Positions 38,582 to 52,300 of a DNA stretch of 64,000 nt are shown here, in pieces. The notes under the pieces were generated by a model that saw nothing but the letters and a program-made list of their open reading frames with translations, made no database searches and had not been told where the DNA came from. This stretch comes from Squalus acanthias (Eukaryota), in contig CM059432.1 of assembly GCA_030390025.1 (NCBI GenBank), positions 40,240,001 to 40,304,000 on the forward strand, read 5' to 3'. Both the position numbers and the translations under genes were made by a program. How positions within the stretch are numbered: the stretch's first letter is position 1; each line of letters begins with the position of its first letter.

Positions 38582-40419
38582 TAGATGAAGTTATTTATTT
38601 TTGGTGTTTTGTTCATCATAGTAAGAAGCTGCATTGTACCATCACACACAAGTTTCATGGAAACATTTGAATATTATGAGATGTATTACATGAGAATAAT
38701 TTAGTAAAAAATATATGAAGTATATTGCATTGCATTTATTTGAGGTGGTTTTTAGATTAATGGCAAATGCTTCTGAATCTTGCATAGATCCCCATAAGGT
38801 TGTTGGGCTTGTAGTGAAAGAATATGAGATGTGGCATAAAAAATGTGGCAGCATGACACAATGGAAGTGGATTAGCATAGACCCCAGGCCCAAATCTTCA
38901 GATGCCCTCGCGTTGTGGTGAAACAAAAATTGTAGCACCATGACTCTCCTGAAATCTGTGTTAGTGGAAGGGTTGGTAAAAGAACAATTGCTGGAACAGA
39001 GATTGTGTTACCATGACCAACCACAGGGAATCAGAATGAAGAAAATAAGAGAGAATTAATGGTGTTTCAAGGTTTTCTAACCAGTTGCAGTAAGTGGAGC
39101 AGTGGTTGTCTGTATGAGCTTGGAGCACTGAATACATCTGTGTTCCAATGTAGGTGAAGGCCATGTGCATGGTTGACTGGGCATCAATGAGCTGAGAAGA
39201 AGACCTCAGAATAGTCCTCAAAAAGAATGCCTTTGGTCATGTTTGACCTGAGTGCAATTTTGTCTCAGAAAAACTGTAACATGGAATAACTACAAACACA
39301 ATGCAACTAAAGCAGTGCATGCACAGGGTTCACATTGGGTACGTTACCTGAGCCAAGATGTAGGTGGAATAAAATCAATGTGCTTTTGATGTGGTTAGAG
39401 GGAGAAATTATAATCCCAGGCTTCTCAGAGATGTTGAGGCCGCTGAAGAAAAATGTTAATAAAGATATTGAAAACTAGAAAAGAAATGTACAGGTACATT
39501 TATATTGTTATAAAATATGGTATTTAAAATATTTTGTTATGTTAGAAATGTTATTTGGAGCCCCGATATTTGAATATGCCAGGAATGAAATAGGCAGAGT
39601 TTTGGAAACAAAACATTTTAAATAATTCAATGGGTTTAGTTTCTGGGTTTTATTGTGATTGATAGATTTCCCTCAGTCTGGATAACTATAGAGTTCTGAT
39701 TTACCAATGTTTTTTGAATATGATATTGAGACAATGAGGTAAAGTGTGGACATTGCACATCAAAAATGTGAACTGGAGTTATGACACAGGAAATGTGACG
39801 CATAAACTGTGACGGAGAGGAACTGCACTCATAGGACTGTTTCTATAATATTGCGGATTTCCCCTACAGTTGTTCATGGTAAGTTGGATGATACGCTGCT
39901 TTTTAAGGACAGTAGTTTATACCATGTACTATGCAATATATTATTCTGCTAAAGTGCAGCTTTGTCGCTCAAGGCAACGAAGTCTAATTGTTGTTAATTA
40001 AACATAAGTCCAGGCTTTAAGTGTTGTTTGATCAGGGAACTTTGCAAATTGCAAACATGGGGATAGGGAAAATGGATGAAGGTGAGTTGGGGGGCTTTTC
40101 CGCTTTGAACTTTGAACTTGTGGCAGCTGAGTCATGAAGGTGCTTACTCGTTACATAAGTGAATATTGTTCCTGACCCACCAACCTCCCAGTTTAAAATG
40201 AAAACCTGTCTGTGGTCATTGGCCAGCTTGCAGTGGCTGCCTGTTCTATAGTTATGGTCTGTGCACAGGCCAGCAACCTCCCATTCCAGAATAAAAAGCG
40301 GTCATTGAGTAGTTCATCTGCCAGCAATTGGCACTGTATTTCAATGAGAGAAGGCCCAACGTTCTTGTTCTTTGTGCACTGCCAAGTTTTACTGTACATG
40401 CTGATGTTGTAGGAATGTG

Positions 40420-41604
40420 GACCTAGAAATTCGTAGTGTTGCGCTGGCCATTAAGGCGGGTCCCGCGGCAGCCACCATTTTCGGCTGGGCAGCAGCGCTG
40501 ACGATGTTCACGCTCGCTAGCAATATGGAGATTATGCAAATTGTGACATCAGTGAGTGCGCAATGCTCACTGGATGTCCGATCTGCCATTTTGGAGTACG
40601 CCGCACAACTTACTGGCCTGTCTGAATTACGACCAGCTGACCAAACATTCACAAGCAGGAAGTAGGCTCCAGCAGTGTTATTTAAAGGGATCATCAGCAA
40701 CAACTTGCAGCTGACATTTAGTTCAGTTTGACTGGCTCTGTGCAACTTTCTGCAACTCCAGCAACTTTCTAAACTTCTTTTAAGTTCCTAAGGTGCCAGG
40801 GAGTGTTGGTGCAAGTGGAGAATGCCTTCATTCTTATTTATAGCCTTCTGCTCACAACACTTGCTCACAGTCATGGGGACTCTATTGACAGTCCCCCCAG
40901 CGCTCGAGTATCTTAGGGAGAGAAAGCGGAGGCAGCGAAGAAGTGGAGAAGATGTATGCAGAGGGAACAGGAGGAGGGCCAGGAGGGCTCTCAACAGGAG
41001 GCCTTACCCACCTAGGGTCTTTCGAGTGCACTTCTCTTATGTCCACTTAAGCGAGGAGCATTGTATCAGGAGGCTACGCTTCAGCAAGGAGGTGGTCACA
41101 GAACTCTGCCACCTCCTGCAGGGCGAACACGGCTCTCCCAGTAGCAGTCAAGGTCACCGTGGCCCTCAATTTCTTCGCCAGCGAATCCTTCCAGTCTGCA
41201 GCAGGAGACATAGCTAACATCTCCCAGTTTGCCGTCCATTGCTGCATCCGGGAGGCTCTCTAGACCAGAAGAAGGGACTACGTTGTCTTCTCTCTGAGCA
41301 GAGAGAAGCAGGAGGAGCACACATGTAGCTTTGCAGGATAGTGGGCTTCCCCATGGTGCAGGGCGCCATCGACTGCATGCATGTGGCTTTGCAGGCGCCG
41401 CATAACAATTCTGAGATCTTCCGTAACCACAAAGGTTACCACTCACTTAATGTGCAGTCGTTGTGCGACCACGGCCAGCACATCCTGATGGTCAATGCCC
41501 GCTATCTTGGCCACAGTCATGATACCTTCATCCGGTGTCAGTCCGGTGTGCAACCAACCTTCCAGACACCACATCAAACCTGAGATTGGCTGCTCGGAGA
41601 CAAG
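40420..41604 (+). mobile_element. Harbinger copy F1: transposase-side end and 5' two-thirds of the transposase
   Basis: TIR-like GACCTAGAAATTCG; MGTLLTVP...RRPYPPRVF, GAIDCMHV, KGYHSLNVQ; cut at LLGDK by a CR1. Confidence 0.88.
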
Positions 41605-43700
41605 AAATTGTTCATCCCTGTTTGGCATATAAATAAAACAAAAAAGGTGACTCAACCGTGGCTAACAAGGGAAATTAGGGATAGCGTAAGATCCAAGGAG
41701 AGGACATATAATTTGGCCAGAAAAAGCAGCAAACCTGAGGATTGGGAACAGTTTAGGATTCAGCAAAGGAGGACAAAGGGATTAATTAAGAGGGGGAAAA
41801 TAGATTATGAGAGTAAGCTTGCAGGGAACATAAAAACTGACTTTAAAAGCTTCTATAGATATATGAAGAGGAAAAGATTGGTGAAGTCAAGTGTAGGTCC
41901 CTTGCAGTCAGAATCAGGGGAATTTATAATGGGGAACAAAGAAATGGCAGACCAATTAAATACATACTTTGGTTCTGTCTTCACAAAGGAGGACACAAAT
42001 AACCTCCCAGAGATGTCGGGGAACATAGGGTCTAATGAGAGGGAGGAATTGAATGAAATAAGTATTTGTAGGGAAATGGTGTTAGGGAAATTGATGGGAT
42101 TGAAGGCCGATAAATCCCCAGGGCCTGATAATCTACATCCTAGGGTACTTAAGGAAGTGGCCCTAGAAATAGTAGCTGCATTGCTGGTCATCTTCCAAAA
42201 TTCTATAGACTCTGGAACAGTTCCCATGGATTGGAGGGTAACTAATGTAACCCCACTATTTAAAAAAGGTGGTAGAGAGAAAACGGGGAATTATAGACCG
42301 GTAAGTCTGACATCGGTAGTGGGGAAAATGCTAGAGTCCATTATAAAAGATGTAATAGTAGAGCACTTGGAAAACAGTGACAGGATCGGACAAAGTCAAC
42401 ATGGACTTACAAAAGGTAAATCATGCTTGACTAATCTACTGGAATTTTTTGAGGATGTAACTGGTAGAATAGATAAGGGAGAACCAGTGGATGTGGTGTA
42501 TTTAGACCTTCAGAAGTCTTTCGATAAGGTCCCACATAAGAGATTAGCGTGCAAAGTTAAAGCACACAGAATTGGGGGTAAGGTACTGTCTTGGCTAGAG
42601 AACTGGTTGGCAGACAGGAAGCAAAGAGTTGGAATAAACTGGTCTTTTTCCGAGTGGCAGGCAGTGACTAGTGGGGTACCGCAGGGATCGGTGCGAGGAC
42701 CCCAGCTATTCACAATATATATAAATTATCTAGATGAGGGAACTAGATGTAATATCTCCAAGTTTGCAGATGACACAAAGCTGGGTGGGCGTGTGTGCTG
42801 TGAGGAGGATGCAGAGAAACTCCAGTATGATTTGGACAGGTTGGGTGATTGGGCAGATGCATGGCAAATGCAGTATAATGTGGATAAATGTGAGGTTATC
42901 CACTTCGGTGGCAAAAACAGGAAGACAGATTATTATCTGAACGGCAATAGATTGGGAAAAGGGGAAGTGCAACGAGACCTGGGTGTCCTTGTGCACCAGT
43001 CGCTGAAGGTAAGCATGCAAGTGCAGCAGATGGTTAAGAAGGCAAATGGTATGTTGGCCTTCATAGCGAGAGGATTCGAGTACAGGAGCAAGGATGTCTT
43101 GCTGCAGTTGTACAGGGCCTTGGTGAGACCACACCTGGAGTATTGTGTGCAGTTTTGGTCACCTTATCTGAGGAAGGATGTTCTTGCCATGGAGGGAGTG
43201 CAGCGAAGATTATCCAGACTGATACCTGGGAATTCAGGAATGACGTATGAGGAGAGATTGGGTCGATTAGGCTTATATTCGCTAGAGTTTAGAAGAATGA
43301 GAGGGTACTCATTGAAACTTATAAAATTCTAACAGGACTAGACAGACTAGATGCAGGAAGGATGTTCCCGATGGCGGGGGTGTCCAGAACCAGGGGTCAC
43401 AGTCTAAGGATAAGGGGTAAGCCATTTAGGACTGAGATGAGGAGGAATTTCTTCATCCAGAGAGTGGTGAACCTGTGGAATTCTCTACCACAGAAGGCAG
43501 TTGAGGCCAATTCATTAAATATATTCAAGAAGGAGTTAGATATATTTCTTAAGGCTAAAGGGATCAAGGGATATGGGGAGAAGGCAGGGACAGGGTACTG
43601 AATTTGGATGATCAGCCATGATCTCATTAAATGGCGGAAAAGGCTCGAGGGGCCGAATGGCCTACTCCTGCTACTATCTTCTATGTTTCTATGTTTCTAT
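41605..43700 (+). mobile_element. Young 5'-truncated CR1 LINE (574-aa RT ORF)
   Basis: ORF 41608-43332 with a complete RT core; one late frameshift; (TTTCTATG)n tail. Confidence 0.95.
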
Positions 43701-44553
43701 AAGAAGGGCATTCGGCCTGTCGAGCCTGAGCCGACTCTCAGCCAGTCCCACTCCCCTGCCCTTTCCCCGTAGCCCTGCAAATTTTTTTCCTTCAGGTACT
43801 TATCCAGTTCCCTTTTGAAAGCCACGGTTGAGTCTGCCTCCACCACCCTTTCAGGCAGTGCATTCCAGATCCTAACCACTCGCTGCGTAAAAAAGTTTTT
43901 CCTCATGTCGCCTTTGGTTCTTTTGCCAATCACCTTAAATCTGTGTCCTCTGGTTCTCGACCCTTCCGCCAATGGGAACAGTTTCTTTCTATCTTCTCTG
44001 TCTGGACCCCTCATGGTTTTGAACACCTCTATCAAATCTCCTCTAAACCTTCTCTGCTCTAAGGAGAACAACCCCAGCTTCTCCGGTCTATCCACGTAAC
44101 TAAAGTCCCTCATCCCTGGAATCATTCTCATAAATCTTTTCTGCACCCTCTCCAAAGCCGTCACATCCTCCCTAAATTGCAGTGCCCAAAATTGGACACA
44201 ATACTCCAGTTGAGGCCGAACCAGTGTTTTATAAAGGTTCATCATAACTTCCTTGCTTTTGTACTCTACGGGCTGGATTTTGATACTGGGGCGGGTTGGG
44301 GTCGTGTCATCCGCTTTTCGTGTTATCCACCCGACTGCAATTGGATGTGGGAGATTGATGCAATTTTCACCTAATTGGGCAATTGAGTTCCAGCATGTGG
44401 GAACCCATGACCCAATTAGTGTTTTCAGTCTGAAAGTCGCCTCTGATGATGTCATTATTGCTGCTGTATTGAAGGTCCTCAGAGACTGCTTGGTTTTTGG
44501 TGTGAGAGCACCTGGATGCAAAATGAGCAGCAGCAGCCCTAAGTCTGCTGTGA

Positions 44554-44590
<37 letters not shown>

Positions 44591-45362
44591 TTTTTTCCCC
44601 AGCACTTCCAGATATGTCTCCTCCACCACCCCCAGATGCCTGCCAGCCACTCACTCACTGATAGTCAGCCCAGCCACTGATAGTCAGCTATCCAAATGTG
44701 CTCCCGCCAGGTTTCACAATCGTACTTCAGAACAGGCGTGCTTCACGTAGAACAAGGATTAAAATCACAAAGGCCTTTCAAAATGGCATTATAGAACCAA
44801 TTTAGTGCTTGTTAAGGGCCTTAACAGCCTATCCCGTCTCTTAAAGGCGGGACGCAGGCGGGACCAGCAGACACGATTTCATGAAAATTGCGTGGAGGCG
44901 GGATGTAGGCAGACTTGTGCCCGCCCGCCACTTTTCACAATTTTAACCCCCCACACGCCTCCAAACCCGCCTCCACGGGTCAATGAAAATCCAGCCCTAT
45001 GCCTCTATTTATGAAGCCCAGGATCCCGTATGCTTTTTATCCACTTTCTCAACCAGCCCTGCCACCTTCAATGATTTGTGCACATATACACCCAGGTCTC
45101 TCTGTTCATGCACCCCCTTTAGGATTGTACCCTTTAGTTTATATTGCCTCTCCTCATTCTTCCTACCAAAATGTATCACTTCGCACTTTTCTGCGTTAAA
45201 TTTAATCTGCCACGTGTCCGCCCATTTCACCAGCCTGTCTATGTCTTCTTGAAGTCTATCACTATCCTGCTCACTGTTCACCATACTTCCAAGTTTTGTG
45301 TCATCTGCAAATTTTTTAATTGTGCCCTGTACTGCCAAGTCCAAGTCATTAATATATATCAA
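43701..45362 (-). mobile_element. CR1 LINE 3' part, split by MITE G
   Basis: IYINDLD...FADDTKL (45009-45362) and EYKSKEV...LVRPQLEY...FFTQRVV (43700-44269). Confidence 0.9.
44270..44997. mobile_element. Non-autonomous Harbinger-type element G (728 bp)
   Basis: Perfect 12-bp TIR GGGCTGGATTTT / AAAATCCAGCCC; flanks TAC / TAT; host CR1 rejoins across it; internal (GA)n at ~44558-44587. Confidence 0.88.
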
Positions 45363-46519
45363 GAACCTACCAACAATCTCTACCTATCACCACTCACACC
45401 TCACAATCATAGCTTCACTTCACCCTCATAACATTACCACTGCTGCAATACTCACACCTACATCTCACACCTTGCACACACTGACAACTATTCAACTATG
45501 GCAGGCACATCACCCAAACACATTGCACCACACTCACTCACACACTTCCCTTTCTCTTGCAGGCCAAGGCCGCGCATAACAGGAGGCAGCAGCGGCAGAC
45601 AGGCGGGGGGCAAGCTGCCATCCAGGACCTCAGCCAACTGGAGGAGCGAGTGCTGGAGATCATTGGGCGGCAGATCATAGAGGCCGGGGCAACCAGCAAG
45701 GTTGAACCCCTTGGGGACAACAATGGTATGCTCATTCCTAATCCTTCTTCTCACATCCCATTTCCTCCTCATCCCACAATCTCTTCTCACTTTCAAGTTG
45801 CTGATGCTGTATGCATGCATATCCTGCTTCCCCACCCTCACCATAACCCGACTCTTGTGCCTTTCTGCTTTCAGCTAATCAAGACCAAGCACCTGAGCAG
45901 CCTGTCTCTGAGGTGATGCAGGCGAGCGAGGGGGGAGAAGACGAAGAAGAAGACACAGCGTCACTGCATCTGTCACTCGCAGACACCAGCTCAGAAACTG
46001 GCACTAAGCGTACTATAGAGTTTAGTGTAAAAGCGGGACTGCTCTCATGCAGTCTCAGCTTGCTGCCACCCAAGCTCAGACTGCTGCCATCGTGGCTGGG
46101 CTTACCACTGTCGACCAAGGCTTGCAGGGTGTTGCAGCAGTCCAGCAATCTGTGCTCCAACATTGCCCTTGCCGCTGCCTGTCAGCCAGCTTAGTTGTTG
46201 CTTTCAATGCAGCTGCTGGAGCCTCCTTCCTGCTTCTCAACGCTTGCTCAGCTGGTCGCACTTAAGGCATGCCGCTAAGTGGAGCGGCGAAGTCGAAATT
46301 CGCAGATCAGGAGTCAAGTGAGGGTTGCACTCTCACTGACGTCACGATCTGCATCATCGACATAATTTTGGCAAGCGCCGACATTGGCAGCGCTGCCACC
46401 CATCCGAAAATGGCGGCCGCCACGGGACCTGCTGGCAGGGGGCAGAAGAGTGGCAGCCACCATTTCTTTCCCCGAATCTGGCGATAACAGGTGGCGCTAA
46501 ACCCCCGAAATTTTAGCCC
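45363..46519 (+). mobile_element. Harbinger copy F2: Myb intron 1 to exon 3 remnant fused to a transposase-side terminus
   Basis: AKAAHNRRQQRQTGGG exon, collinear with 10830-11470; 46190-46519 collinear with 13910-14229; end CGAAATTTTAGCCC. Confidence 0.85.
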
Positions 46520-46896
46520 ATAGACTTTTATTGCAGAGCAGGATGGTTGACAGGCTGTGGGTGGAGAACATGTTTATGGGCTGGGTGATGGTGAAGGTCT
46601 ATTTGAGAAACAGAACAGTTGGAGGGTCAAATGAGAGGTACAGGCGAGGTCAAGGAGCAAGTGATCCTGGGGAGCAGAGGCTTTGTTGGAGGGAGAAGTT
46701 TGTGGGGCATGTGGCCAGCAAAGCGGTTTATAGTGGAGGCTTGGGAGAGGAACCATTAGACATGCCTGTGGAAGGCAGAAGCAGAAGGACTGCAGGCCAA
46801 TTGAAACTGCAACAGAGTTGAAAGCTATATGGTTAAAAAAACAAACAACTTGCATTCAAGTAGCACCTTTAACATAGTAAAATATCCCAATATGTG

Positions 46897-47941
46897 GCAG
46901 GAGACAGAGAGTAGGGATAATGGGTAGGTACTCAAGTTGGCAGGATATGACTAGTGGTGTCCCGCAGGGATCTGTGTTGGGGCCTCAACTATTCACAATA
47001 TTTATTAACGACTTAAATGATGGCATAGAAAGTCATGTATCCAAATTTGCCAATGGCACAAAGATAGGCGGCATTGTGGGCAGTGTAGATGAAAGCATAA
47101 AATTACAAAGGGATATTGATAGATTAAATGAATGGGCAAAACTGTGGCAAATGGATTTCAATGTAAGCAAATGTGAGGTCATCCACTTTGGACCTAAAAA
47201 GGATAGAACAGGGTACTTTCTAAATGGTAAAAAGCGAAAAACAGTGGATGTCCAAAGAGACTTGGGGGTTCAGGTACATAGATCATTAAAATGTCATGAA
47301 CAGGTACAGAAAATAATCAAAAAGGCTAATGGGTTGCTGGCCTTTATATCTAGAGGACTAGAGTACAAGGGGGTAGAAGTTATGCTGCAGCTATACAAAA
47401 CTCTGGTTAGACCACACCTGGAGTACTGTGAGCTGTTCTGGGCACCACACCTTAGGAAGGATATATTGGCCTTGGAGGGAGTGCAGTGTAGGTTTACCAG
47501 AATGATACCCGGACTTCAAGGGTTAAGTTTCGAGGAGAGATTACACAAATTAGGGTTGTATTCCCTAGAATGTAGAAGGTTAAGAGGTGATCTGATCGAA
47601 GTTTTCAGGATATTAAGGGGAACAGATAGAGAAACTATTTCCACTGGTTGGTGGTTCTAGGACTAGGGGGCATAGTCTAAAAATTAGAGCCAGACAGTTC
47701 AGGAGTGAAATTAGGAAACACTTCTACACACAAAGGGTGGTAAAACTCTCTTCCGCAAACAGCAATTGATGCTGGATCAATTGTTAGTTTTAAATCAGAG
47801 ATTAATAGCTTTTTGTTAACCAAAAGTATTAAAGGATATGGACCAAAGACGAGTATATGGAGTTAGATCAGCCATGATCTCATTGAATGGCGGAACAGTC
47901 TCGAGGGGCTGAATGGCCTACTCCTGTTCTATGTTCCTATG
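46897..47941 (+). mobile_element. CR1 LINE RT/3' fragment
   Basis: ORF 46920-47660 with SGVPQGSVLGP and LVRPHLEYC; CR1 tail. Confidence 0.92.
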
Positions 47942-48702
47942 ATGAACCTTAATAAAACAAGTGACAATGGATAAAGGTTTCAGTGGCAGATGGGATGAGG
48001 TAGGGCAGAGGTGGAAGTAGGCAATCTTTGTGATAGATATGATATGGGATCAGAAGCGCAGCTCAAGGTCAGGTAGGCTGCTGAGGTTTGATGGTGGCAC
48101 AAGATTCCGAACATGGAGATCCTCAGAGGAGCAAATATGGCAGGCATAGATGCAAGATCTATGCCTGCCTGACAGGAAGACCTGTCAAATCTATGAATTG
48201 AAATCGGCCCCAAAAGAACAGCTAAACTGCAAATAAATTTTTAAAAAAACCATCACATTTATAAAATAACTGTAAGTTAAATAAATTAACTACTTTAAAC
48301 AAAAATTTAAATTTTTGAAAAAATTAAAATACTTTTTAACAGTGCTAAAAATAAACTTACCTTTCTTTAAAGTATCTAAAAAAGATAAACCTGTTGAAAA
48401 TTTTTTTAAATTATAATTAATTAACCACTTACCTTGTTGAAAACGGGTCCTGCGCCTCCTTTTTAAAAGCACAGGTTCTTCAATACTTACCCTCCCGGAG
48501 AAACCTGAAAAAAAACCTAAGTTTGCTGCGTGCACGCAGCCTCTACCGCGCACGTGGTTCACCTCTGAACCGCTCCCTTCACCAGACCGGAAGTTCTGGT
48601 TTCCCGCGCATGTGCAGTGCATGCAGGAAACCGGCACTTCAGGAGGCCTTGCGGGTGAGTACACAGTGCGTACTCACCCGGCTAGTGCCGAAGTTTTGGC
48701 CC

Positions 48703-49000
48703 ATTGTGGCATCTCAACTGACACATGGGAGCAAGATGCTTGTGACAGGAAAAAGTGGCAAAAGGTGATTTGCGATAGCAGGACAAAGCTTAAAGCAAGT
48801 CATATTCAGCTAGCCGAAGAAAAGAGAGGCCAAAGGAAATCAAGGAAAGATCAATTTGACATCCAATGTCCTGTGTGTGGGAAAATATTCCTCTCGAAAA
48901 TTGGACTTTACAGTTATATGAGAATCGACAACTTGTATTAAATTGAAGATGAATCATAGGCTGTCATCAACAACGATGGACAAACCATCATCGTCATCAC
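48703..49000 (+). mobile_element. RTE-clade LINE 3' fragment
   Basis: CGISTDTWEQ.A.DRKKW...CPVCGKIFLSKIGLYSYMR (RTE-type C-terminal zinc-finger region) and a CATCATCGTCATC tail. Confidence 0.65.
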
Positions 49001-49399
49001 ATGGCCGAACAGAACCTTCAAACTGAGTTGATCAATAATATGTTCACAATAAAATTTGTTTTCTAAATGTTATCTCTCTATCTACATCTATGTATCTGTA
49101 TATTATTATGAAAATGGTACCTCTGTGCACACTTCATGTTAAATGAGCATCACACTTGAGTTTTCTAATGTACAGTAGCATAGTGGTTATGTTACTGGAT
49201 TAGTAATCCAGTGGCCTGGACTAACGATCTGGAGACATGGGCCGGAATTTTCTGGGGTGGTAGCAGGTGTGATTGGTGGCAGGTTGGGTGGGAAAGTTGT
49301 TATTTTTGACAGCCTTTCCCCCAGGCACATCTGTCATTGTGGAGCTGATTGCTCCAGCTGATTACTTGACAGCATCAAATATACAGTAAAAGCTCCCAC

Positions 49400-52300
49400 C
49401 CTGGGTATCCCTGGGTATGTCCTGTCCCACTGGCAGGACAGACTCACCAGGGGTGGCGGCACAGTGGTATACAGTCGGGAAGGAGTGGACCTGGGAGTCC
49501 TCAACATTGATTCCGGACCCCATGAAGTCTCATGGCTTCAGGTCAAGCATGGGCAAGGAAACCTGCTGCTGATTATCACCTACCGCCCTCCCTCAACTGA
49601 TGAATCAGTACTCTTACATGTTGAACACCACTTGGAAGAAGCACTGAGAGTAGCAAGGGCACAGATTGTACTCTGGGTGGGAGACTTCAATGTCCATCAC
49701 CAAGAGTGGCTCAATAGCACCATTACTGACTGAGCTGGCCGAGTCCTGAAGGACATAGCTGCCAGTCTGGGCCTGTGACAGGTGGTGAGAGAACCAACAC
49801 GAGGGAAAAACCTACATGACCTCGTCCTCACCAATCTACGTGTTGCAGATGCATCTGTCCATGACAGCATTGGTAGCAGTGACTGTGGAGACGAAGTCCC
49901 GTCTTCACATTGAGGACACCCTCCATCGTGTTGTGTGGTACTACCACCGTGCTAAATGGGATAGATTCAGAACAGATCTAGCAGCTCAAAACTGGGCTTC
50001 CATGAGGCACTGTGGGCCATCAGCAGCAGCAGCAGAATTGTATTCCACAACAATCTGTAACCTCATGGCCTGGCATATCCCTCATTCTACCATTACCATC
50101 AAGCCAGGGGACCAAACCTGGTTCAATAAGGATTGCAGAAGAGCATACCAGGCGTACCTAAAAATGAGGTGCCAACCTGGGGAAGCTGCAACACAGGACT
50201 ACATGCATGCTAAATAGCAGAAGCGATCCCACAATCAACAAATCAGGTCAAAGCTCTGCAGTCCTGCCACGTCCAGTCGTGAATGATGGTGGACCATTAA
50301 ACAACTAACAGGAGGAGGAGGCTCCATGAATATCCCCATCCTCAATGATGGTGGCGCCCAGCACATGAGCACAAAAGACATGGCTGAAGCGTTTGCAACC
50401 ATCTTCAGCCAGAAGTGACGAGTGGATGATCCATATCGGCCTCCTCCTGAGGTCCCCACCATCACAGTAGTCAGTCTTCAGCCAATTCGATTCACTTCCC
50501 GGCTGTCGTGCTGAAGACTTGTGCTCCAGAACTAGCCGCGCCTCTAGCCAAGCTGTTCCAGTACAGCTACAACACTGGCATCTATCCGACAACATAGAAA
50601 ACTGCCCAGGTATGTCCTGTCCACAAAAAGCAGGACAAATCCAATCTGGCCAATTACCGCCCCATCAGTCTACTCTCAATCATAGAAACATAGAAGATAG
50701 GAGTAGGCCATTCGGCCTCTCGAGCCTGTTCCGCCATTTAATGAGGTCATGGCTGATCATCCAAATTCAGTACCCTGTCCCTGCTTTCTCCCCATATCCC
50801 ATGATCCCTTTAGCCTTAAGAAATATATCTAACTCCTTCTTGAATATACTTAATGAATTGACCTCAACTGCCTTCTGTGGTAGAGAATTCCACAGGTTCA
50901 CCACTCTCTGGGTGAAGAAATTCCTCCTCATCTCAGTCCTAAATGTCTTACCCCTTATCCTTAGACTGTGACCCCTGGTTCTGGACACCCCCGCCATCGG
51001 GAACATCCTTCCTGCATCTAGTCTGTCTAGTCCTGTTAGAATTTTATAAGTTTCAATGAGATCCCCTCTCATTCTTCTAAACTCTAGCGAATATAAGCCT
51101 AATCGACCCAATCTCTCTTCATACGTCATTCCTGCCATCCCAGGTATCAGTCTGGTGAATCTTCGCTGCACTCCCTCCATGGCAAGAACATCCTTCCTCA
51201 GATAAGGTGACCAAAACTGCACACAATACTCCAGGTGTGGTCTCACCAAGGCCCTGTACAACTGCAGCAAGACATCCTTGCTCCTGTACTCGAATCCTCT
51301 TGCTATGAAGGCCAACATACCATTTGCCTTCTTAACCGCCAGCTGCACCTGCATGCTTCCCTTCAGCGACTGGTGCACAAGGACACCCAGGTCTCGTTGC
51401 ACTTCCCCTTTTTCCAATCTATTGCCGTTCAGATAATAATCTGCCTTCCTGTTTTTGACACCAAAGTGGATAACCTCGCATTTATTCACATTATACTGCA
51501 TCTGCCATGCATCTGTCCAATCACCCAACCTGTCCAAATCATACTGGAGTTTCTCTGCATCCTCCTCACAGCACACACGCCCACCCAGCTTTGTGTCATC
51601 TGCAAACTTGGAGATATTACATCTAGTTCCCTCGTCTAGATCATTAATATATATTGTGAATAACTGGGGACCTAGCACCGATCCCTGCGGTACCCCACTA
51701 GTCACTGCCTGCCACTCGGAAAAAAAACAGTTTATTCCAACTCTTTGCTTTCTGTCTGCCAACCAGTTCTCTATCCAAGTTAGTACCTTACCCCCAATCC
51801 CATGTGCTTTAACTTTGCACGCTAATCTCTTATGCGGGACCTTATCGAAAGCCTTCTGAAAGTCCAAATACACCACATCCACTGGTTCTCCCTTATCTAT
51901 TCTACCAGTTACATACTCAAAAAATTCCAGTTGATTAGTCAAGCATGATTTACCTTTTGTAAATCCATGTTGACTTTGTCCGATCCTGTCACTGTTTTCC
52001 AAGTGCTCTGCTATTATATCTTTTAAAATGGACTCTAGCATTTTCCCCACTACCGATGTCAGGCTTACCGGTCTATAATTCCCCATTTTCTCTCTACCAC
52101 CTTTTTTAAATAGTGGGGTTACATTAGCTACCCTCCAATCCATGGGAACTGTTCCAGAGTCTATAGAATTTTGGAAGATGACCAGCAATGCATCTACTAT
52201 TTCTAGGGCCACTTCCTTAAGTACCCTAGGATGTAGATTATCAGGCCCTGGGGATTTATCGGCCTTCAATCCCGTCAATTTCCCTAACACCATTTCCCTA

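Noticed and set aside
33430..40400. Hidden gene in the AT-rich intergenic stretch
   Set aside because: Only short ORFs with no recognisable motifs, interspersed with old SINE/CR1 remnants; no consistent exon chain found.
43697..44650. 317-aa chimeric ORF
   Set aside because: Chance read-through from MITE G (including the GA microsatellite) into a CR1 fragment.
40420..46519. One intact 6-kb Harbinger from 40420 to 46519
   Set aside because: Both ends are transposase-side termini, gene orientations do not fit the convergent layout, and there is no TSD; treated as two partial copies.
43700..50682. Inversion mediated by the two inverted CR1 copies
   Set aside because: The host LINE is collinear on both sides of the 50682-52780 copy, so the flanks were not exchanged.
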